From positions 1 through 31,654 of the forward strand of contig JBEKDF010000035.1 of the NCBI GenBank assembly GCA_050014495.1: a stretch of DNA of 31,654 nt, read 5' to 3'. The stretch comes from Candidatus Bathyarchaeia archaeon. GTDB taxonomy: Archaea; Thermoproteota; Bathyarchaeia; TCS64. Shown one piece after another: positions 9,573 to 16,499 of the stretch (the first letter of the stretch is position 1; each line of letters starts with the position of its first letter). The notes beneath the pieces were generated by a model. The model worked only from the letters and a program-made list of their open reading frames with translations. It did no database searches and was not told the origin of the DNA. The position numbers and the translations under genes were made by a program.

Positions 9573-9809
9573 TTTCTATTTTTTATAATATTCGTACGTT
9601 AAAGATCGTATTATAAATAATTACTCGTATCATCTCAAAATTATCAAACGTTATTTGATATTACGGGATAATAAATCTAGGAAATGACTATAAAACAATC
9701 GTTTTTTTCAATTATTAACTAGTCTCAAATAAAGGCAATATGATATAGATAACTGCGATAACTGTTATAAGCCCAATAATATAAGGTGTAATACGAGTTG
9801 TGAGGATCT
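9573..9809. promoter_or_regulatory. AT-rich intergenic control region with short palindromic and direct repeats
   Basis: About 26% GC by hand count. T-run after the gatE stop, TATCAAA-N5-TTTGATA at 9642-9660, GATAACTG twice (9748, 9757), TATA-like TTATAA at 9765 and GAGG before ATG 9810. Confidence 0.6.
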
Positions 9810-10253
9810 ATGAGCCGTCCCTCTTTCCATCTCAAAGTCAAAATCGGGGAGATGGAGGTGGAGCTGGGTGGAGATAAGGCTGAGGTCCTCAGCGCTCTAG
9901 ACGAACTCCCCACAATAGTTGAGAAAGTCTCAAACAGTTTCCAAGGGGAGTCTTCTGGCCACAGGCCCCGCTCCAAGAAGCAAACGGATAATGGTGCCTC
10001 AGAGGTGTTGCCGCAGATACCTAGGACCACACAGTGCAGCGAGGCCGTCACCGCTCTCCTTGCAGAACCTTGGGGGAAGACGCCACGTACAATCTCTGAG
10101 CTTAGGGAGGCCATGGAGGCTAACGCCGTATTCTTCCCTAAGACAACCTTATCTGGGGTCTTAGTTTGGATGGTGAAGAAAGGGACAATCAGAAGATGGA
10201 AAGATAAGAAGAGAGGATACCTCTATACCATGAATTCGCCGGAGCCTGAGTAA
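9810..10253 (+). CDS. Hypothetical protein: N-terminal beta-hairpin/helix domain, linker, C-terminal winged helix
   Basis: FHLKVKIGEMEVELGGDKAEV, a low-complexity linker, then PRTISELREAM...TTLSGVLVWMVKKGTIRR...GYLY (wHTH pattern). RBS-like GAGG upstream. Confidence 0.8.
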   Translation: MSRPSFHLKVKIGEMEVELGGDKAEVLSALDELPTIVEKVSNSFQGESSGHRPRSKKQTDNGASEVLPQIPRTTQCSEAVTALLAEPWGKTPRTISELREAMEANAVFFPKTTLSGVLVWMVKKGTIRRWKDKKRGYLYTMNSPEPE

Positions 10254-10254
10254 G

Positions 10255-10737
10255 TTGCCTAAGATAACCCTGACTGTGAAGACCCAGTTTGGAGATATCC
10301 AAGTTTCGGGGGAGACTCCCGAGGAGCTTCTAAGAGGCCTCGAATGGCTCACCCAGGAGTACGTGGCGCAGCTCAATGAGAAGGTCTCTGGAGTTGTCTC
10401 AAAGCAGGCCCTTGACCACCTAAAGGAAATCGTGGAGATGAGGCGGGACGGTCCAATCCTCGTCTGCAAGGAGGAGATAAGCCACTATGAGATGATTGGG
10501 CTCCTACTCTACGCGATGAAGGGATATCAGGCGACGGGGAGGGAGTTGAAGGAATGCCTAAACGAGAGCGGGCGTAAGGTAATCGTGCCTGCTAGGCTCC
10601 ACGAGATGGTTAAGAAGGGTTTCTTGTTCCGCCCAGAGGGGCGAGGGAGTATATATAAGATGACTGCGAAGGGCGTCAACTGGGTGGAGAAGGAAGTTCT
10701 CCCGCCGATTCGGGAGAAGCAGGCTGCACTGGCTTAG
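10255..10737 (+). CDS. Hypothetical protein, same architecture as 9810-10253
   Basis: ITLTVKTQFGDIQVSGETPEEL, then ATGRELKECL...VPARLHEMVKKGFLFR...IYKMTAKG (wHTH). TTG start 1 nt after the upstream stop. Confidence 0.8.
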   Translation: MPKITLTVKTQFGDIQVSGETPEELLRGLEWLTQEYVAQLNEKVSGVVSKQALDHLKEIVEMRRDGPILVCKEEISHYEMIGLLLYAMKGYQATGRELKECLNESGRKVIVPARLHEMVKKGFLFRPEGRGSIYKMTAKGVNWVEKEVLPPIREKQAALA

Positions 10738-11077
10738 GGTGCTCCCTCTCGTAGTCCTCGTACATATCGGAGACGGTGACGAGTAGGCTCATAACAATCT
10801 GTTTAGCGTCACATGTATAGCCGCTGTCTTTGAAAGGACTGCGTTGAATGAGGTTCTTCTCTAGAAGCTTCGAAACCGCCCTCTCTGTTGCCTTCAGTGT
10901 GAGGTTCAGCTCGGTTGAGATCTCCTTGACCGACAATGTTCTAGCTGTGCTAAGGAGGTGGAAGACTATCTGGAACTGGCTAGGTGCCTTTCGTAGCTTG
11001 AGAAGCGTGTCCGTCCTGTCCCTTAGCTCGGCAAGCTGCTTCTCTGACATCTTTTCCCAGGAGCCACTTTCTTCCAT
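10676..11077 (-). CDS. Small winged-helix protein (array member 5)
   Basis: SQFQIVFHLL...LSVKEISTELNLTLKATERAVSKLLEKNLIQR...GY. True start may be ATG 11050. Confidence 0.8.
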   Translation of the reverse strand: MEESGSWEKMSEKQLAELRDRTDTLLKLRKAPSQFQIVFHLLSTARTLSVKEISTELNLTLKATERAVSKLLEKNLIQRSPFKDSGYTCDAKQIVMSLLVTVSDMYEDYEREHPKPVQPASPESAGELPSPPS

Positions 11078-11130
11078 GCCCTTTTAAATGATACCTATCC
11101 GAGTGGACCAGGGAGGTGGCTGAAAGTGGC

Positions 11131-11388
11131 CTACTTACGCCCCATATCCCTGTAGAGCTTCATAATAAAGTCGTAAGGAGTAATAACTGCAATGTAGCCC
11201 TCGGGGCGTACTTCAACGAGACCCTGCTTCTTAAGCTCCGCTAAGCGTGCTCGAACAGTGGATCCATTCTCCTTTAATGCCACTGCGATCTCCAGAGGCT
11301 TCAACACACTCCCCCTGAAGGCGAGATAGCACAAGATCTTATATGCAGATGTGTCAGGCTCAAGCTGATCAAGCTTCTCAGCGCTCAT
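11131..11388 (-). CDS. Small winged-helix protein (array member 4)
   Basis: YKILCYLAFRG...KPLEIAVALKENGSTVRARLAELKKQGLV...GY. ATGA overlap with the upstream gene. Confidence 0.85.
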   Translation of the reverse strand: MSAEKLDQLEPDTSAYKILCYLAFRGSVLKPLEIAVALKENGSTVRARLAELKKQGLVEVRPEGYIAVITPYDFIMKLYRDMGRK

Positions 11389-11651
11389 TTGCTGAAATAC
11401 TCCTTAAGTAGCGTGACTAAAATGGGGCCGAGCTTATAGCGGTAGACGCCACGGCTAACTGGGTCGACGAGTCCCTTATTCTTGAGGTTGAATAGAGCGA
11501 TGTTTACAGCGTTGACTGTGAGATTGAGCTGCTCCGCGATCTTCTGACTAGACATAGCCTCGCCATTCTCGACGAGGCACAAAAGCACCTGCTGCTGGCT
11601 CTCAGCCCGCCTCAGGCCCTCTAGCTCGTCGGCGCCAACCAATCTGGTCAC
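11385..11651 (-). CDS. Small winged-helix protein (array member 3)
   Basis: MSSQKIAEQLNLTVNAVNIALFNLKNKGLVDPVSRGVY. GTGA overlap with the upstream gene. Confidence 0.85.
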   Translation of the reverse strand: MTRLVGADELEGLRRAESQQQVLLCLVENGEAMSSQKIAEQLNLTVNAVNIALFNLKNKGLVDPVSRGVYRYKLGPILVTLLKEYFSK

Positions 11652-11905
11652 TTCTTCGCGAAGATATATGAGACGAAGTCTGTGAAGGGAATAACGCTCC
11701 TATAAGTGCCATCATCCTGTTGCTTCACGTAACCCTTGTCGAGGAGGCTACGGAGTGCTGGACGCACCGTCCCCGGGGCTATGCTCGTCTCCTCACTGAT
11801 GGCACCAGGTAGGCTCACACCCCTGAAAGCGAGGTAGGTAAGGACTTTGAACTGCGCCGTATCTGGCTTGAGTTCCTGAATCACCTTATCGATAAGATCA
11901 GTCAA
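11648..11905 (-). CDS. Small winged-helix protein (array member 2)
   Basis: FKVLTYLAFRG...PGAISEETSIAPGTVRPALRSLLDKGYV...GTY. TTG start 1 nt after the upstream stop. Confidence 0.85.
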   Translation of the reverse strand: MTDLIDKVIQELKPDTAQFKVLTYLAFRGVSLPGAISEETSIAPGTVRPALRSLLDKGYVKQQDDGTYRSVIPFTDFVSYIFAKK

Positions 11906-11906
11906 T

Positions 11907-12152
11907 CTATTTCGCCTTCTGCTCTAATGCCTCAATCCTATCTATGAGATGGATCACGATCCCCGCGTAGTTGGGTTCATAGTTGCCACGCCCGCTTCTC
12001 TGTAGAAGACCATCTCTCGCGAGCTTCGCGAAAGCATCCTTGACAGAATTGTACTTTGCGTCGAGCTTAGCCGCCATCTGCTCAGGACCGAGTGTCGGGT
12101 CCTGGAGGAAGCTGCGGAAAACCCTGTCCTTTAGACTCAATTCCTCGGACAT
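11907..12152 (-). CDS. Small winged-helix protein (array member 1)
   Basis: LGPEQMAAKLDAKYNSVKDAFAKLARDGLLQRSGRGNY followed by a short amphipathic/coiled helix (LIDRIEALEQK). Confidence 0.85.
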   Translation of the reverse strand: MSEELSLKDRVFRSFLQDPTLGPEQMAAKLDAKYNSVKDAFAKLARDGLLQRSGRGNYEPNYAGIVIHLIDRIEALEQKAK

Positions 12153-12322
12153 TTAGTTAAAACAAGCGTGTAGTTCTTATTAACTTTGTTTTTGACCCAG
12201 TGACATCGGATTGCTCATGGTGTGATTATCTTGAGCGTTATTATTTCTCCCTTTATATATAGAATGGCATTTAAACCAAATTACGCTCTTTATATTCGAT
12301 CACTTTATATGTCTAGGAAAAA
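12153..12322. promoter_or_regulatory. Divergent promoter region shared by the wHTH array and nurA-herA
   Basis: Minus-strand TTAATAAG at 12176-12183, about 25-30 nt before ATG 12152. CTTTATAT occurs three times (12251, 12288, 12303). Inverted repeat AAAACAA/TTGTTTT at 12159/12186. Confidence 0.6.
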
Positions 12323-13420
12323 ATGTGTTGTGCAGAGATTATTCTGGGGGCTATTGATCGAGTGCTGAGTCTTGAGGAGCGAGCAGGCATCATCGAGGAT
12401 GCTAGAAGGCAGGGTGAGAACCTTAGCCTCTCCATAAGGGACCTTCTATTGAGCGAGATTTCCAGTGATGTAACAACAGAGCAGCCAGCTGTGGCAGGAC
12501 TCGCTACGAAGATCAGGGAGGAGATGAGCCTCTTTCCCATGACAAAGCACGAAGCTTTCAAGAGGGTCGCTGGTGTGGACGCTGGGAGTCAGATACTGCC
12601 ACTCGCTTCGAAGAGATATGGAGTTGTCAGCGCACTCGTCTATGGGCTTCCGGGATGCACAAAATTTTGGATGCACCCCGAGTCTATGTCGCTCCCATAC
12701 GGGATCGCCGGGAACAGGTTTGAGGGGATGGTAAATGCGAGGAGGGAAGCGAAGCTCTATGAGACCGCCGCAGTATACCTTAAGACACACCCGGAAACCG
12801 AGCTAATGCTCGTCGATGGTCCTCTCGCCTTCAGCGATTGGTGGATGATGGTGGGGTGTCACAAAGATCAGAAGAGGCTCCTCGAAGCGATCAACAACCT
12901 CCTTCACCTCAGCAGGGAAACTGGAGTAATACTGGCGGGCGTGGTGAAGAGACCGAACGCTAGATATCTCATTTACTACCTCGGCTTACAAGGTGAGACT
13001 CAGTTACCAGACAGCTTTGTTCTTCTGCATGCTTTGAAGCCTGGGGAGAGGACCGATATATTCTCGCCCAAGGCAGCACTGACGCAGGCGAGCAGAGCCG
13101 CCAATTTCATGGGCTCCCTAGATGTTCCCATCTATAGCTTCTATGGGAGGATGACTAAAGAATGGAGCTTTCCACCCATAAGGGTGGACCTCCCAGCCCA
13201 CAGCCTAGGGGGACTCGACGATGTCGCCGACTATTGTTATGGGACTGCGCTCAACGACGGGATACCCCTTCCCATTGTTAAAGCGGATGAGGGAGTCAAG
13301 ATTACCCGCCGTTTCATGGCTGAGATTTACGGGGAGATATTAAGCAAGGTCAGCAGGCGCACCGGAGAGGTCCGGGGGCTCGCGCCGTACTGGGGTGAGG
13401 GCAGATGGATGGGGGCTTGA
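12323..13420 (+). CDS. nurA: NurA-family nuclease (divergent, stand-alone type)
   Basis: VAGVDAGS (AVDGS-like), LMLVDGPL, LAGVVKRP, IRVDL and GIPLPIVKADEGVKIT (GYP-x-L-x2-A[HD]-x2-VxI-like). Overlaps herA. Confidence 0.82.
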   Translation: MCCAEIILGAIDRVLSLEERAGIIEDARRQGENLSLSIRDLLLSEISSDVTTEQPAVAGLATKIREEMSLFPMTKHEAFKRVAGVDAGSQILPLASKRYGVVSALVYGLPGCTKFWMHPESMSLPYGIAGNRFEGMVNARREAKLYETAAVYLKTHPETELMLVDGPLAFSDWWMMVGCHKDQKRLLEAINNLLHLSRETGVILAGVVKRPNARYLIYYLGLQGETQLPDSFVLLHALKPGERTDIFSPKAALTQASRAANFMGSLDVPIYSFYGRMTKEWSFPPIRVDLPAHSLGGLDDVADYCYGTALNDGIPLPIVKADEGVKITRRFMAEIYGEILSKVSRRTGEVRGLAPYWGEGRWMGA

Positions 13421-14919
13421 AGGTAGGACACACCTACAGCCTGACAGGCGAATATAGCGTCGATCAGATCACTGTACTACTCATGCGGGGGCGTGAGCTG
13501 GCGAAGGGCGACCTCGTATACGTAAAACACCCAAAGAATGGGTCACCAGTCGTCTACCAAGTAGTTAAAGTCTATCCCCATAAGAGGGTCCGCGAGTACG
13601 AAGAGGCTCTCCTAACTGAAGGGCGTGTGATTGATGATGCTGAAGATTCGAGCCTCCATGCGGAAGCGTACCAATGGGGCTGGATGGACGGCGAGGGCAG
13701 CCTCAGGCCACTCCGATATCCCCTAACACCCAATACCCAAGTCTTTGCAGCGGAGCGCGACCTCGTCGCAAAGTTCACTAAGCCTAACGGTGAGTGGAAG
13801 TTTCTACTCGGCACCGACCCGACTACAGACCTCGATGTTGAACTCGGCTTATACCCGTTGATCAGGCAGAGCTGCCTAATTTGTGGCGCAGTTGGGACGG
13901 GGAAGACGACGACTGCTATAAGCATGGTAGCCCGTGCAGCCTGTGCGAATCCCCCCGTCCGATTCTTCATCGTAGATAAGGACGGAGAGTACAGTAGCCT
14001 CACCGATCATCTAGGGGTAGGGGCAGTCCTCAAGGTGCCATGGAACAGCTTTTTCCAACCGGGGGACGTACCTTGGGACGACTACGTCGCTGAGTTCGGG
14101 TGGCAGAAGACTTGGTGGAACGCCAAGATACTCGTACAAGCCTTGAAGACTCTCTATGCTCAGACCGCGATAGTTACGAAAACGAATCTACGTCGAGCCG
14201 TTGCAATGGTTAACCCCGAAAATCTCGGTTTCAACAAGAAGATAGACGAGTGGGAGCTATACCGTGCCCAGGTTGAGAACGCGATAAACATGAGTCGCCT
14301 CATCCCCGATGGTGAGGCCACTGTCCTCGACCCCGTCCAGCTCCTAAAGGAGAGAAAGATAATCATCATGGACCTCAGCGACGGGAAGGACACTTGGGAA
14401 CAGAAGCATCTAGTGGTGGCTCAGGTTCTCCGACGCATCTTCGGTGAGGCCCTCGAGAATAGAAAGTTTGGCTGCATTGTATTGCTTGAGGAGGCTATGT
14501 ACTATGCACCGCAGCACGGTGTCTTCGAGATAGGAGAGAAGGAAAGCCGGGGCAAGCTGCTTGGTGTCATCAAGGAGATCGCGACGAATGGGGGGCGGAA
14601 CGGTGTTGGCCTCTGGGTGGTAACTCAGCGCCTTGCCACCGTGGAGAAAACTGTTGTCACCCAGTGCGCCAATAATATAATATGTCATGGATTAGAGGAC
14701 CTCGACAAGCAGCGCCTCGCTGAGATAATGGGAGACGAGTTTACCCAGCTTATAGGCGATCTACCCCCTGGTGAGGCAATAGTCAAGGGGACCACACTGA
14801 AATGCAGGTTTCCCATCTGGGTCAAGGTACTCCCCGAAGTCTACCCCGCCTCAAGTCTTAGTACACCGATGAGCAGATTCATTCACATGGCTCACACCGA
14901 AGCGGTATCTTCCCCTTAA
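13405..14919 (+). CDS. herA: HerA/FtsK-superfamily ATPase with N-terminal HAS-barrel-like region
   Basis: Walker A GAVGTGKTT, VDKDGEY, IIIMDLS, Walker B VLLEEA, GVGLWVVTQR and LPPGEAIV. N-terminus GDLVYV...VYQV...YPLTPNTQV fits a HAS barrel. Confidence 0.88.
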   Translation: MDGGLKVGHTYSLTGEYSVDQITVLLMRGRELAKGDLVYVKHPKNGSPVVYQVVKVYPHKRVREYEEALLTEGRVIDDAEDSSLHAEAYQWGWMDGEGSLRPLRYPLTPNTQVFAAERDLVAKFTKPNGEWKFLLGTDPTTDLDVELGLYPLIRQSCLICGAVGTGKTTTAISMVARAACANPPVRFFIVDKDGEYSSLTDHLGVGAVLKVPWNSFFQPGDVPWDDYVAEFGWQKTWWNAKILVQALKTLYAQTAIVTKTNLRRAVAMVNPENLGFNKKIDEWELYRAQVENAINMSRLIPDGEATVLDPVQLLKERKIIIMDLSDGKDTWEQKHLVVAQVLRRIFGEALENRKFGCIVLLEEAMYYAPQHGVFEIGEKESRGKLLGVIKEIATNGGRNGVGLWVVTQRLATVEKTVVTQCANNIICHGLEDLDKQRLAEIMGDEFTQLIGDLPPGEAIVKGTTLKCRFPIWVKVLPEVYPASSLSTPMSRFIHMAHTEAVSSP

Positions 14920-14999
14920 TTATCAATATAGATGACTTTTAGGGGGATGTAAGGGAGCTCGCGTGTTAATCCTTAAAGAGTGGTTTCGACGCCATTCTC

Positions 15000-15448
15000 A
15001 TGGTGTTATTCTTGAGTCCTGATCGCCTTTACCCCGAGCGCCCAATGATTGGTGTCGGCGTACTGATCCGTAAAGGTGAGGAGTATCTCTTGATCAAACG
15101 TGCTTCCGAACCCGATAAGGGTCTATGGTCCGTTTCAGGAGGCGTTATGGAGATAGGGGAAAAGACCACTGAAGCTGCCATACGGGAGACAAAAGAGGAA
15201 ACTGGACTTGACATCGAGATACTAAAGGACCTCGGAGTCGTCGACAAGATAGTTAGGGACGAAACAGGGAGGGTAAAGTACCACTTCGTAATTATCGATT
15301 ACCTCGCTGAACCGGTTTCCGGCAAGATGCACCACCACGATGACGCTCTCGATGCTCGCTGGATCCACCGAGGGACTTTACCGACTATGAGATGTCCCCA
15401 ACCCTCGTCGACCTCCTAAAGAAGATCGATCTAAACCCTGAGTTCTGA
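15000..15448 (+). pseudogene. Nudix hydrolase (ADP-ribose pyrophosphatase-like) with a frameshift near 15369 (or a sequencing error)
   Basis: Intact Nudix box GGVMEIGEKTTEAAIRETKEETGL plus YHFVIIDY. After ARWIH the family-like tail RDFTDYEMSPTLVDLLKKIDLNPEF continues in another frame (15371-15448). The in-frame ORF stops at 15419. Confidence 0.7.
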
Positions 15449-15492
15449 GTCCCTCACACTTTTAAGTGGAGAAACCCACCTGAGAAGACGTA

Positions 15493-16428
15493 GTGATATC
15501 TTTGGTAAGTGCATCTAACTTTAAGGGGAAAGACGTCCTGTCGATGCGGGACTACAATCGTGGGGACATCGATTTCATACTGGACGAAGCCACGAAGATG
15601 GTGAAGGTGGCAGAGAAGCCTAGCGTGATATGTGCTGGGAAGATCTTAGCTGCACTATTCTTCGAGCCTAGTACCCGCACACGTCTAAGCTTCGAGACCG
15701 CGATGCTTCGCCTCGGGGGAGGCGTTATTGGATTCAGCGACCCTAGCGCGAGTAGTGTAAAGAAGGGTGAGACTCTCGAGGACACCATCAAGACAGTGGA
15801 GTGCTATGCGGACATCATAGCGATGCGCCACCCTGAGATTGACTCTGCAGCTAGGGCAGCGGCGGTTGCCGACATACCCATCCTCAATGGTGGGGCGGGC
15901 TCTGGTGAACATCCGACACAGGCACTTCTCGACCTTCATACAATGAAGTATGCGAAGGGGAAAATCGATGGACTAAAGATAGGACTTTGTGGCGATCTCC
16001 TCTATGGTCGCACGACCCATAGTTTAGCCCTCGCCCTCAATCACTTCGATGTGGAATTATACCTCATAAGCCCCAAGGAGCTGGCGATGAAGGAGGACAT
16101 AAGGAAATACCTCAAGATGAAGGTCAACGAGGGAACAGACCTCGCCAAAGTTATCCCCAAGCTCGACGTCCTTTATGACACACGTATTCAAAAGGAGCGA
16201 TTCACGGACCCCGAGAAATATGAAGAACTGAAGAATGCATATATCATCGACCCTGCGATGGTGAAAAAAGGGAAAAAGGACCTGGTCCTCATGCACCCGC
16301 TGCCCCGTATTAATGAGATTACAACTGATGTAGACACGATGCCAAACGCGTGGTACTTCAAACAGGTGAAGCATGGGGTCTACGTTAGAATGGCACTCAT
16401 AGCACTGGCTCTCGGAGCCGTAAAGTGA
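15493..16428 (+). CDS. pyrB: Aspartate carbamoyltransferase catalytic subunit
   Basis: FFEPSTRTRLSF, KGETLEDT, MRHP, HPTQALLD, GDLLYGRT, TRIQKERF and MHPLPR. Confidence 0.97.
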   Translation: MISLVSASNFKGKDVLSMRDYNRGDIDFILDEATKMVKVAEKPSVICAGKILAALFFEPSTRTRLSFETAMLRLGGGVIGFSDPSASSVKKGETLEDTIKTVECYADIIAMRHPEIDSAARAAAVADIPILNGGAGSGEHPTQALLDLHTMKYAKGKIDGLKIGLCGDLLYGRTTHSLALALNHFDVELYLISPKELAMKEDIRKYLKMKVNEGTDLAKVIPKLDVLYDTRIQKERFTDPEKYEELKNAYIIDPAMVKKGKKDLVLMHPLPRINEITTDVDTMPNAWYFKQVKHGVYVRMALIALALGAVK

Positions 16429-16499
16429 CTCAGTTTTCACTATCCTCTTACTAATCTCCTAATCGGTAAGTACACATGAGTATTTTCATACCCCTTTTT

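Noticed and set aside
9573..9809. Canonical Cdc6/Orc1 replication origin
   Set aside because: No ORB-like TTCCAGTGGAAA/G-string motifs are visible and there is no cdc6/orc1 gene in the window.
9725..10114. Antisense/shadow ORFs (also e.g. 26304-26870, 8189-8716, 20053-20520, 31325-31618)
   Set aside because: They lie opposite well-supported genes and carry no recognisable motifs.
10676..12152. ESCRT-II (Vps22/25/36) or SMC kite (ScpB-like) winged-helix subunits
   Set aside because: Each protein has a single wHTH with a DNA-binding-like recognition helix, and there are no ESCRT-III, Vps4, SMC or kleisin genes nearby. A profile search would be needed to exclude this fully.
11131..12152. One long multi-wHTH gene broken by frameshifts
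   Set aside because: Each ORF has its own start codon at a typical coupled junction (NTGA overlap or 1-nt gap) and encodes a complete domain.
9573..14919. Integrated mobile element or provirus
   Set aside because: No integrase, transposase, tRNA target, flanking direct repeats or structural genes were seen, and coding composition looks similar to the neighbouring core genes.
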